The notes: generated by a model from the letters alone, not told the origin. 23,104 nt of DNA from Candidatus Heimdallarchaeota archaeon (GCA_019058275.1 JAHLVW010000046.1:1-23104), one strand, 5' to 3'. Positions 9,145-19,179 are shown, numbered from the stretch's first letter. Made by a program: numbers and translations.

Positions 9145-11815
9145 TTGAATAGAGATATACCACAAGGATTAAGGAATAGAATAATAAAATTAGGAAGAGA
9201 TTGGGCACGAAAGAATAGAAAAGAGCAGCGTTCTGAAGGCAAATTAACTAGATGGGCATATTATCTTAATCTAATTTCTTTATATGATAGAAGAAATATA
9301 AAAATTGCTTTAGCAGAAATTGTTGACGAAAGAAATAAGAGGCTTAAAAAAGGAGACAAGCTTTATGAAAAGGAAAACTATGATAAAGCAATTAGTGCTT
9401 ACTTAAAAATAATAAGCTGGTATGAAATTGATGATCCTTTATATAAAATTGAAGATGAAGGTGCTTTATATAAAATAGGTAAATGCTATGAAAAAAAGGG
9501 TGCCTTAAATAAAGATATTGAAGATTATAGAAAAGCCTTAGAATATTATACCAGAGTTATTGTGGTTAATAATAAATACTTAGATACTTGGATTAGGAAG
9601 GGAGCTATATATCTTAAACTAGAAAAATGGGATGACGCAATTAATTCCTTCATAAAAGCCAAAAAAATTGAATCAAAATGTGATAAAATATTACTCAATT
9701 TAGGCATAGCTTCAATAAAAATAACAAGGATGACTGGAATAAATCCAAAGAATGTTTTAAAGAAATAATTAAAATTAATCATTCTCATAAAAATGCTTGG
9801 ATACAAATTGGACGAACATTTTTTAGATTAAAGCAATTTGATGAATTAATAAAATTATGTAATAAATATATCAATAAAAAAGTTGAACATCAAGCCATCT
9901 ACTATGCTTTAGGATTAGCATATCAAGGAAAAAAGAATTTTGAAGAGGCAATCAGATTTTATGATAAATCATTAGAGTATGATATAGTAAATTTTACGAT
10001 TCTCATCATGAAAAAGGAATTGCCTATGGTTTGAAGGGGGAATATAAGAAAGCAATTAGCAGCATTAAAAAAGCTCTTAATATAGAAGCTGAATCATTAG
10101 AAGCTTTAAATGATTTGGGATGCATTTATCGTAAAAAAGGAGAATTCAATGAAGGTATTAAGCAATTAAGTAAAGCTCTAGAAATCGATCCAGAATACGA
10201 GATTGCTTTTGTAAGCTTAGGAGAGATATATTATGATATGGGAAATTATGAAGAAGCAAAAAAACACTTCTTAAAAGCATTGAGACTAAATATTGAATGG
10301 CCTGAGATATGGAATAACCTAGGAGAATTGCATTATCGAAATAAGAATTGGGAAAAATCAATTGATTGCTTTAAAAACGCCATTCACTATTATGAAAAGG
10401 TACAACGATACGATAATCTATTCTATAAAATGCATGAGAGTATTAGTGATGCGTATATTAATTGTAATAAGTATGAGGAAGCAATGAAGCATATTGAAAA
10501 AATCATTAAAAAAGAGCATAATAGATACGATATTCGAAAGAAATTAGGCAGACTCTATTATGATACAAAAAAGTATAAACAAGCAATTGAACAGCAATTG
10601 GAAGTTATGAGACAAGATGAAACAGATTATATTACTTTAAATGAATTAGGATTGTCTTATTTAAAAGATAATCAAGTGGATACTGCAAAAGATTGTTTTG
10701 AAAAAATTGTAAATGAGATTAAAAAAGACTATCCAAATGCATGGTTCAATTTAGGACTTCTTAATATTGAAAATGGAGAAATTGAAAGAGCTAGAGATTG
10801 TTTTAATAAAACAATTAAACTTAATCCAGATTATAATGAAATGATTAATAAAAAAATAAAAGAAAAATTGGAATCCATTTTAAGAGAAGTTGAAGAAGCT
10901 AAAATTAAAAATAATTTAAAAAAGGCTCAAAAGCTTTCTGAAAAAGCACTAAATTTAGATCCAAAAAATAAACAAGCATTAAATGCATTAAAAAAAATAA
11001 ACAAACAAATAACCAAAAACAATTTAGAGATTTTGATGAAATTAGATGGCAGTGGCCAAAAAATCACTTTGAATGAATTAATGACAATTCTAAGTATTGA
11101 TGAACCTGCTAAATTACGAAAATTCCTGATATTGCATAAAAATAAGGTTAATTACGAAAGAGAAGGGAATGTAATTATTTTTGCTAAACCAGTAAAGAAA
11201 GAAGATGCACTAAGTGAAGAAGAAAAAATACAAATTCTATTTTTAGCTGCAAATCCTGAAGATACTGTTAGACTTAGAATTGATAAAGAGATGCGTGAAG
11301 TTGATCATGCTTTAAAAAAGTCAAAACACTATGAGAAATTTAAAATAAAAGACCTATGGTCGATTCAAATCGACGATCTTCAAGAGAGTTTGTTAGAATA
11401 TTATCCCACAATTGTTCATTTTAGTGGTCATGGCAAAGGTACAAATGAGATTATTCTTGAAAATGAATTTGGTGAAGCTCGAACTGTTACTCCAAAAGCT
11501 TTAGAAAATCTTTTCGCAATGCATAAAGATCATGTACGTTGTGTTGTGCTAAATGCTTGTTTTAGCAAAAAACAAGCTGAAGCAATAGGCAAGCATATTG
11601 ATTGTGTTGTAGGTATGTCTAAGAAAATAGATGATGACGCAGCAATCAACTTTTCAGCAGCATTCTATCAGGCATTAGGTTATGGAAAAAGTGTTGAATT
11701 TGCATTTAAATCAGGATTGACTAGAATCAAATTGAAGGATTTGAATGAAGAAGATGTTCCACAATTAGTTGACAAAAAGAATATCGCAAATGAAATAATT
11801 TTTGTTGTAAAGTAA
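9145..11815 (+). pseudogene. TPR-CHAT caspase-like protease (~890 aa), split by two frameshifts as sequenced
   Basis: TPR repeats continue through 9720-9985 in a third frame (NAWIQIGRTFF, AIYYALGLAYQGKKNFEEAIRFYDKSLEYD). Shifts fall at the A5 run 9717-9721 and at about 9984. The CHAT domain from ~11225 has ILFLAANP, VHFSGHG and VLNAC (His-Cys dyad). Confidence 0.88.
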
Positions 11816-11944
11816 TGAAGATTTACTCAAGCAAGAAATAAATACTAAAATTAATTATTAATTTTGCTTAATCTATTCTAATTTGGGAGATTTTTAACCC
11901 TTACTGATTAATGCACCAAATTAGCACAATAAGAAGGATTCTCA

Positions 11945-12006
11945 ATCTCCACTTCTTCAAGCAATACCTAGATGTCCGGTTTGGGAAGGAAATGCTAAGC
12001 TGGTAA
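11945..12006 (+). repeat. Array boundary repeat, copy 7 (variant spacer)
   Basis: atctccacttcttcaagcaatacctagatgtccggtttgggaaggaaatgctaagctggtaa. Confidence 0.8.
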
Positions 12007-12294
12007 ATTAAATTAGATATTAGTATTCCTAATAAAACATTAGAAGTAAAAATGTCACTATTTATGATTCCTTTTGGAATTTGAACATTTCACATAGATC
12101 AGCATATAGCAAGAAATAGCTGTTCTTTACGAATTGACAAAAAAAGGTTACATTTTTATTTTTGAAACTAATTCTATTTTAATTACACTTTGTAAGAAAA
12201 GCAAAGATTTATTCCTGAGCTGAAAGGGAGCAGGAAAATAATTACACTTCTTTTTTCAGTTTCAGGTGGAATAACAAAAAGGAGAAACATACAA

Positions 12295-13418
12295 ATGAAA
12301 AGAAATAGGATATATGGCATTATTTTTCTATCACTTATTCTTTCAATGGGATTGATAAGCTCATCGAATGTTTCAAGTCGCACATTTCCTTGCAATGGTT
12401 ATGTTAAGGAAGCAGGAACGAGTAATCCTATAAGTGGAGCAAAAGTTGACCTCTATGTGTATGATTTTATAACAGGTTGGGACTATATTGGCAGAAGACA
12501 TACTGATTCCAATGGTTACTATAGTTTCTCAAGTGTACCAATAGGTGCTAGAGAAGTCCATATTTCAAAATCAGGATATCAATCATACGAAGGAGTACAT
12601 CAATCAACCATTTATTTAGAGACATATACATATGATTACATTTTCTTTGGAACAATAAGAAATTTAGTTACTTCACAAGCACTTAGTGGAGCTGTTGCTG
12701 AAATCACATGTGGAACAAAAACAATTTCTGATACAACTGATAATTCAGGTTACTATTGTATCGTATTTTCCTATAGTACCAGTGGAGTTCGAACGTTTAA
12801 CATGGAAGTAAGTAAAACAGGTTATAGTACTTATACAGATACAATAATCAGAAATTATGGTTATGAACACCGAAACATCAATTTGAAAGAAATAAGGACT
12901 TGGTTGTATATTGAAGATTATGGTGAAGAAGCTAAGTATCTCAGATTTGAAATTGAGGAATATGAACTTTCTACACAATATAAACTAGTATTCGATGTGA
13001 CAATAGAGTTTTATTACTATCTAAATCCTGGATTCACTATTCAAGTTCAAAGATATTGTCCAATTGGTAATTTATGGATTAGAAATTGGATTACTGATGA
13101 TGATGCTACTGATACTGAATTACCTGGCGGATTGCATCAAGTCTATGCTCATGTTGTTGAAGAATTCTACTACGATAAAGCTACTTATTACTCAGATTGG
13201 TGTGGTGTATATGGAGGATTAGTTAAACCATCAACTTGTTCCCGTTTTATGGAATGGAACTTGTTTTTCAAATAGATGATCCTACCTATGGAACACCATT
13301 TGAATGGGAAGATAATTGGTTTGGTAGTTATCCATACGGATTCTTTGGAACACTTGATGAAGGGCATCCATATCTTACAGTTAGTTATCCTTCAGGTGCT
13401 TGGTATAGTAGGGCATAA
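12295..13418 (+). CDS. Secreted protein with two carboxypeptidase-regulatory-like (prealbumin-fold) domains; probable frameshift near the 3' end
   Basis: Signal peptide. Duplicated pattern PISGAKV/TDSNGYY/SKSGY and ALSGAVA/TDNSGYY/SKTGY. The -1 frame 13227-13418 has the same Y/G/W-rich composition and ends at an oligo-T terminator. Confidence 0.72.
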
Positions 13419-13421
13419 TAT

Positions 13422-13455
13422 CTTTCATTTCTCTTTCCCTTTTTTTTCTTTTTTT
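13422..13455 (+). terminator. Oligo-T terminator
   Basis: Long pyrimidine tract directly after the stop at 13418. Confidence 0.5.
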
Positions 13456-13523
13456 CAAAATCTTATATAGGATTCTTTCATAGGCAAAAAATGGTAACAT
13501 ATTGATTTTCACTGTTCTCCTTT

Positions 13524-13597
13524 TTCCTCTATAATGTCTAGAAATACATTTCGGGAAGGACACGCTTAGGTGGGAAGCATATCTTTAATGAGCATCT
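13524..13597 (+). repeat. Array boundary repeat, copy 8
   Basis: ttcctctataatgtctagaaatacatttcgggaaggacacgcttaggtgggaagcatatctttaatgagcatct. Confidence 0.88.
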
Positions 13598-13670
13598 TAA
13601 TTGATAAATTTATCAGCTTAGTTTAAGAATAGTTTATATAAAAATAAACCAAAAGTACTAGTGAGCTAAA

Positions 13671-13904
13671 ATGGATGTAAGTTTGAAAAAGGAAGTTGCT
13701 GAAGAATTAATTACCTACAAACTAAGACGTATTCAAGCAATAATAGAAGATATCCTTTCGAGATGGAAAGAAAAAACAATTGAAGAATTCTTAGAAAAAG
13801 CAAAAGATGGGACCTTACAAGAAGCGGAAAATGATGCAATAGAATTAAAACAATTGGTTAATGAAGAGGAAAAACTTCAGAATTTACTAAAGAAACTTGG
13901 GTAG
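13671..13904 (+). CDS. Putative antitoxin (TumA-like)
   Basis: Acidic helical protein (TIEEFLEKAKDGTLQEAENDAIEL) ending 2 nt upstream of a DUF6516-like gene. Confidence 0.6.
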   Translation: MDVSLKKEVAEELITYKLRRIQAIIEDILSRWKEKTIEEFLEKAKDGTLQEAENDAIELKQLVNEEEKLQNLLKKLG

Positions 13905-13906
13905 TT

Positions 13907-14278
13907 TTGGGGGAGAACAGAATTTTAGCTCGAGAAAAGCTTCTATATGCCCGAGAATTCCTAGTTAATAAATTTTTATCAGAGATTTATGAAATCATTT
14001 TAGATGATGATCGTCCAATTCTTACTATAAAATTCAGAAAAGGATTCATACTTCATATACGCTACAATGATTTTGGTGAATATTCTTACCAGATTTTATT
14101 CTCTCAGAAAAAATTCGATAGAGTGAGATATGATAATTATGATGACAAATGGGACGTTGCATCCAAACCACATCATTTACACCCTCGAAATAAACAAGAT
14201 GCAATTACCAGTCCAATGTTAGGAAAACCTGAAAAAGATATCCCACTTTTAATTGAAACAATAGAAAAATATCTGTAG
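13907..14278 (+). CDS. DUF6516/TumE-family putative toxin
   Basis: YSYQ, RYDN and PHHLH signature. Confidence 0.72.
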   Translation: MGENRILAREKLLYAREFLVNKFLSEIYEIILDDDRPILTIKFRKGFILHIRYNDFGEYSYQILFSQKKFDRVRYDNYDDKWDVASKPHHLHPRNKQDAITSPMLGKPEKDIPLLIETIEKYL

Positions 14279-14294
14279 TTTTGAAGTCTGATAC

Positions 14295-14336
14295 CAACTT
14301 CTTTCAGATCTAGAAGTCCGTTTTGGTAATGGCATG
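14295..14336 (+). repeat. Array boundary repeat, copy 9
   Basis: caacttctttcagatctagaagtccgttttggtaatggcatg. Confidence 0.8.
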
Positions 14337-14398
14337 TTTCTACAGTTAGAATAAAATTCAGATTTTTTAGGATAAAATATACAGTTTATTCATCATTT

Positions 14399-14830
14399 CT
14401 AAATTATCACCCTAAGCTTACATCTGTTATTTCCTTTTGTAATGGATTCCTCAAGAATAACTTCAACAGGTTTTTCTATTGCTCCTTCGAAAAGCTCTTT
14501 CACCCAACCTCGAGAACAATTACAGTATGTAGATGAAATCTTCCCTGCTGGGATTTTATTAATTATTGGGCAGAAACATTTTGCCCAGATAATTACTACC
14601 TCATCATCTGTTATTTGTAAGCTATCATATATTTTGCTGAATTTTCCAAGAAAATCTTTCAAATCATTCGAGTTCTTATATAGCTTATTAGCGTTCTGGA
14701 TGAGTTTCTCGTTTTTATCACGAATACATTTTCGTCCACATTCTTCTAGTAAGAGTATCTTTTTCTCAGCTTCTAGGTGTTTATCAAATCCATCCATTAA
14801 ATTGATCATCATTTTCTCGTATCGTCTCAA
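14399..14830 (-). CDS. Cys-rich DUF6144/V4R-like protein
   Basis: ECGRKC, CFCP, YCNCSRGW and SITKGNNRC motifs; AGGAG RBS. Confidence 0.7.
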   Translation of the reverse strand: MRRYEKMMINLMDGFDKHLEAEKKILLLEECGRKCIRDKNEKLIQNANKLYKNSNDLKDFLGKFSKIYDSLQITDDEVVIIWAKCFCPIINKIPAGKISSTYCNCSRGWVKELFEGAIEKPVEVILEESITKGNNRCKLRVII

Positions 14831-15066
14831 GATTTTATCTCCTAAGTTTGAGTTTGTTTTTATAATATTAATTTCCCTAGAAAATTAGCATTGAATAAAC
14901 AATTAATCATTAAAATTGTTAAACCTTAAAAAGAGCTATGAGGGAGATAGCTGTAAGTAATCTAACCCAATAAAAAGATTCATCCTACGATTATGTGAAT
15001 AAGCTATTAGCAACAACTCCCAAGTGTTTATTAGCTAAACTCAGCAGAAAAATAGCCAATCAGATA

Positions 15067-15108
15067 AATACTCAGGTCACACACTTCCTCTTTAGGGGCT
15101 AGAAGTTC
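15067..15108 (+). repeat. Array boundary repeat, copy 10 (right extension absent)
   Basis: aatactcaggtcacacacttcctctttaggggctagaagttc. Confidence 0.85.
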
Positions 15109-15144
15109 TTTAGGACAAGAATACAAGACTTAAAATCAAACCAG

Positions 15145-15477
15145 TTGCAACTAGATCTTTGGATAAAAACACCATCATCAGAAGCTCATTTCACTGCTAA
15201 ACTTACATTTAATGATATCAATGGTAAAAATAGAATCATACAAGATGGAATCCTTAAAGTAAATGAACCTATTAATAATTTTGAAAAGATAACAATAGAT
15301 TTGATTGCAACAGTCATTGAAATAAAGAAAGATGAGTCTTTGGCTCTTGAAGTCAGTTGGTCTAATTTTCCTAAATACTCATTACCACTGAAAAATGATT
15401 CCTTAAGACAATCAATTGCTTTAGGTCGATCGACACCTTCATGCATAATTTTACCATTTTATACCAAAGAACCATAA
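15145..15477 (+). pseudogene. Isolated C-terminal domain of a CocE/NonD (PepX_C-like) hydrolase
   Basis: LALEVSWSNFPKY, QSI and PSCIILP. No catalytic domain. The frame is open back to the TAG inside repeat copy 10. Confidence 0.65.
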
Positions 15478-15552
15478 TTCAATTTATTTAATTCGCTTTC
15501 AAATGGTTTAGCAAACTATTATATGATATTAAAAAAAGAAAGAGGATTTTGG

Positions 15553-16623
15553 TTATTTTCCTCGTACATCTAAATCTCTTAGTTCTACTCTTCGTACAGT
15601 CATTTTCTGTAGTTTGATTTGTTCCTCAATCTCTTCTATAGTAAAATCTACTCTTTCTCTTCTTGCATCGGAGCCAGCAATGTATCTATATATTTCATTA
15701 AAGCTAGCTTTTAGATTGTATTGCTTCTCAAAATAATTTATGATTGTTTGAATGTCTTTCTGTAATACCTGTAAGTTACTGTTTATTCTATTTTCACTGC
15801 GATTACCAACTAAGCTCATATCAATTGCTTGTGGAAAGTCTATAATAATTGGTTTATTCTCATGTACTAGTATATTATATTCCGAGAAATCACCATGAAT
15901 CAGTCTAGCTTTCTGATACATTATTTTAAGCTGTTCTACAATCTCATCGAACATTAGTTCAGGTTCTTCTAGGGGCACTTTTCTCAATTGTGGTGCAGGA
16001 ACCCAATCTGTTCCAATGAATTGCATAAGAATGATATTATTTATCTTCATAGCTGGAGTTGGAACATTAAGTCCTGCTCGATATGCTTTGCTCATGAAGA
16101 AATATTCCGTTTCCGCATAGGACGTTGCTCTTGTAAGTGGATTGCCAACACGACGTCTTTTAGCTTTGTTATGTGATGTTAGTTGCAATCTGAACATTTT
16201 CACAATGAGAGGTGCTCCATTTAGATGAGCAGAATAGATTGATGCTTCTTTACCGGAGTTAATCTCAGCTACCAAGTCAGTAACTGCTCTATAGCTTATC
16301 AATTCACTTCTAAGTTTTTGATAGTCTATTTCTTGCTCTTGCATCTGCATAAAGGATGGATCGAAATCTTTTGATGTGTAATATTTATTACTTGCTCTTG
16401 ATATCATTAGTTTTTCTGGTCGTTCCACTGCTCGAGTTGTTCGGGTTACTCCTTTTATTTTCTTGGTAGATTTTATTCGATCAGCTTTTTCAATATCCTC
16501 TACTCGGAGAATATCAAATGCCTCATCTTCAACAATATCGGATTCTTGTTCTTTTCCGACATCTAGCTCATTATTTTCTTTTAAATCACTAACTTTTTTT
16601 GTTTTTTCTTTTATTTTAGCCAA
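15553..16623 (-). CDS. rio1: RIO1-family atypical Ser/Thr protein kinase
   Basis: INSGKEASIY, VPTP, ILMQFIG, IHGDFSEYNIL and IIDFPQA. Start probably TTG 16623 after GGAGTG (track gives 16641). Confidence 0.9.
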   Translation of the reverse strand: MAKIKEKTKKVSDLKENNELDVGKEQESDIVEDEAFDILRVEDIEKADRIKSTKKIKGVTRTTRAVERPEKLMISRASNKYYTSKDFDPSFMQMQEQEIDYQKLRSELISYRAVTDLVAEINSGKEASIYSAHLNGAPLIVKMFRLQLTSHNKAKRRRVGNPLTRATSYAETEYFFMSKAYRAGLNVPTPAMKINNIILMQFIGTDWVPAPQLRKVPLEEPELMFDEIVEQLKIMYQKARLIHGDFSEYNILVHENKPIIIDFPQAIDMSLVGNRSENRINSNLQVLQKDIQTIINYFEKQYNLKASFNEIYRYIAGSDARRERVDFTIEEIEEQIKLQKMTVRRVELRDLDVRGK

Positions 16624-17172
16624 TTTTCTATCACACTCCAAACTGGAATAATATTGGTGATTAATTCAACAGTTAGGAGACGTTTTTACTTGGTTAGAAA
16701 AAGAACCAATAATGGTAGCATATCTAGCAGCATCACTAGGTTCTTAAAAAAAAAACCAAATAGACAGAACGTTCAACCTAACTTCTTTAGATTAGCCCAA
16801 ACCAAAAACCGGCAAATCCCTCAAAGTAAGAAGTTAGTTTATGTAGCTGTCTTGCTACTAGAATCTCACAACAATCAAGAGGTTTTGCTGCTTTCTTGTT
16901 TGACCTAATAAAAAATCCATGTCAATCATTATTTCAGTTCTCCTCCAGATAGTTTGTAGCAAGCTTTTCTCTGATTATTAAGCTTACAATCTTATATGTA
17001 ATATTCTATTTTTTAAACCCTTTCACTAAACTTGTTGTAAAATAACTTAAACTAAAAATTTTCATATAAAAAATAATTGGGTCATCTCCATAAATAAACA
17101 GAGGTAGATAATGATCCTTTTCCATAAACTCAAAATTAATTCTTCATTTAAATTAATTTCTAAGAAATACTT

Positions 17173-17220
17173 GATGTTCAGAACTCACACTTCTTCTTTA
17201 AGGACTAGAAGTCCAATTCG
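17173..17220 (+). repeat. Array boundary repeat, copy 11
   Basis: gatgttcagaactcacacttcttctttaaggactagaagtccaattcg. Confidence 0.92.
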
Positions 17221-17332
17221 AAAAGTAATTATTACAACATTAGAAAAAAAGGAAAAAGAAGAAATTAATGACTTTTCTTCTTTATATTTGGCAGAAAAAA
17301 ATAAGTATTTATCAACAAAGTGTTGACTTTAT

Positions 17333-17557
17333 TTATAATGGAATATTTGGATAATCATTTCCACTGGAACAGTGATTAATTCTGAATACAAGTTTCTTGA
17401 TTAGACACCATACTCCGGGAATCCAAATGAAGATAATTAATAGCATAATAGCAAATATTAAGCCAGGTATAATATACCAGCAGTGACAAGGTTTTCCTTC
17501 AAAGACTGGAACATAGCACTTATGAGTAACAATTGCCAATGGATCATCTGGTACCAT
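17333..17557 (-). CDS. Small single-pass membrane protein with Cys/His-containing N-terminus (74 aa)
   Basis: AGGAG RBS before ATG 17557; HKC and PCHCWY, then a TM segment. It is the only ORF between repeats 11 and 12. Confidence 0.5.
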   Translation of the reverse strand: MVPDDPLAIVTHKCYVPVFEGKPCHCWYIIPGLIFAIMLLIIFIWIPGVWCLIKKLVFRINHCSSGNDYPNIPL

Positions 17558-17775
17558 ATTTCCTTTACTCCTGTTTTTTGATAAATATATTATGAAAGTG
17601 AAAAACAACTATAAGACTTAATAGAACATCCAATCTATGGATTACTTATTTCTGCTTAAAAACAGAAAATAAGTTTTTCACCCTCCTAAGGGATATCTTC
17701 TATATTTATTTTTATAGTTTATCCTTTAACTTACGACAAAAAATGATATTATTATTTATATTGTTTGAAAAACAA

Positions 17776-17869
17776 ACACCTTATCTTTAAGGTCTAGAAG
17801 TCCATTTCAGTAATGACACGCTGAGGTGGTAAGTGCAGGCAGACTGATCTTCTCGTCTGATGACTTGAC
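17776..17869 (+). repeat. Array boundary repeat, copy 12
   Basis: acaccttatctttaaggtctagaagtccatttcagtaatgacacgctgaggtggtaagtg...tctcgtctgatgacttgac; aligns without gaps to the right extension of copy 5. Confidence 0.9.
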
Positions 17870-17958
17870 AAATACACCACAAATACAACACTGTTAATAA
17901 AAAAAAAGTAAAAGAGTTAACATAAGAAAAAAAGAATAAATTATCTAGTGATGAGTTT

Positions 17959-18183
17959 ATGACAACTCCTTTGATAAATGAAAGAATAGAGGTAACTCAA
18001 AAGATACTGGTTGGTAAGCTATCATAAAAGGAACAAGAATTGCAGTTGAATTTATTATTGGAATTGTTAGCAAATGATTGGACTTATGAAGCAATCTTGG
18101 AAAATTATCCCCAATTAAAGAAAGAAGATATCCTCGCAGCAATTGATTAAGCAAGAATTATCATTAAAGAAGAACAATTATGA
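17959..18183 (+). pseudogene. DUF433-family antitoxin pseudogene
   Basis: Across two frameshifts: MTTPLINERIEVTQKILVGK / IIKGTRIAVEFI / LELLANDWTYEAILENYPQLKKEDILAAID*ARII. Confidence 0.8.
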
Positions 18184-18236
18184 CCAGTGAAGGGGTTAAA
18201 GAGGAATTTACGATTGTTATAAACAAACAACCATTA

Positions 18237-18746
18237 TTATTTTTTAGATTCTAATTCCTTAAGAATTGTTTCATAAAGCAATGCAGTCATTCGAAAATTA
18301 GTTTTATTAATTGCTGATAAAATGACGAGAACTTCATTTCTAGAGAGTTTTCCTGTGTGCTTTAGAGAAACTAATAATCCAAGTAAACCAGTAAGATTAA
18401 ATCCTTCAGCTCTCGCAACAGATCGAGCGACTAAATCATCAAACACAATAACATCTTTCTTTTTCTTTGCTGCTAGCAAAATGGAAATTTCCCCATCATG
18501 TAAACCGAGAGTATGGTAGAGCTGATGAGATGAATGAGAAGTTATTGTAATGGATTGCACTTGTATTTTCCCATTAGAAATAAGTTCTTCAACAGCTTTC
18601 TTAATTGGAGATGGTTTCAAAGTGACTTCTTTGAGAACAGCAGAGGTAATTGTGAAATTAGGTATCAAATCACAAAATAATTGCAAATAGCCAATCTCAA
18701 CTAATACGATAAGGCTTGACGAATCGAAGAGAAATCGGTTTGTCAT
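18237..18746 (-). CDS. PIN-domain toxin, DUF3368-like
   Basis: FDSSSLI, LHDGEISIL, FDDLVARSVA and TGLLGLL. Confidence 0.85.
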   Translation of the reverse strand: MTNRFLFDSSSLIVLVEIGYLQLFCDLIPNFTITSAVLKEVTLKPSPIKKAVEELISNGKIQVQSITITSHSSHQLYHTLGLHDGEISILLAAKKKKDVIVFDDLVARSVARAEGFNLTGLLGLLVSLKHTGKLSRNEVLVILSAINKTNFRMTALLYETILKELESKK

Positions 18747-19066
18747 CCTTCTAACTTCCCTTCAAGGGTCTGAATATCTCTTTGAAGCTCACTTGAATCA
18801 TAGCTAAAATAGGTAAAACCACGTTCTTTTGCGAGGGTTACAAACTCAACAACAGACAATCCTGCTTCTGCTGCTGCACGAGTAAGAGAAATTTCATTTT
18901 TGATCAAGCGTTCAAAGTGAAAATCGAATAGTAAGCCTTTTTTTCCTCGTTTGATTATTTTTCTGATTAGCTCAGATTTACTTATACCAAGTTTTTTTGC
19001 AAGTGCATCGAGTTCTTTGGATTCTTCATCATCTACACGTACTTGAACAATAGTCATAACATCCAC
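18743..19066 (-). CDS. RHH plus UPF0175-like antitoxin
   Basis: VQVRV and SKSELIRKII (RHH), then ISLTRAAAEAGLSVVEF. ATGA overlap with the PIN gene. Confidence 0.8.
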   Translation of the reverse strand: MDVMTIVQVRVDDEESKELDALAKKLGISKSELIRKIIKRGKKGLLFDFHFERLIKNEISLTRAAAEAGLSVVEFVTLAKERGFTYFSYDSSELQRDIQTLEGKLEG

Positions 19067-19068
19067 AA

Positions 19069-19088
19069 TACAAATAATGACATTTGTA
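19069..19088. promoter_or_regulatory. Probable autoregulatory operator
   Basis: Perfect inverted repeat TACAAAT-aatgac-ATTTGTA just upstream of the RHH antitoxin start. Confidence 0.5.
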
Positions 19089-19179
19089 GTACAAAAACAT
19101 TCCTAACAGTTAGAAATGAAACATTATATAAAGAAAAAAGATTTTTCTATGCATCTTCAAGAACAGTGTAACTAATTTT

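Noticed and set aside
7350-10361. ORFs 7350..7637, 8243..8431, 8770..8955, 8982..9242, 9546..9806 and 10158..10361
   Set aside because: They overlap better-supported genes on the opposite strand and show no motifs.
12243-12270. Possible extra repeat copy (tacacttcttttttcag), and a weaker one near 19152
   Set aside because: Only a short pyrimidine-rich left-arm match with no TAGAAG arm; could be chance.
12183-18519. Short track ORFs starting at 12183, 12745, 13276, 13381, 14442, 15186, 15988, 16463, 16654, 17111, 17957 and 18322
   Set aside because: Shadow or alternate-frame ORFs without motifs. 17957..18154 is antisense to the DUF433 pseudogene, and 17111..17326 spans a repeat.
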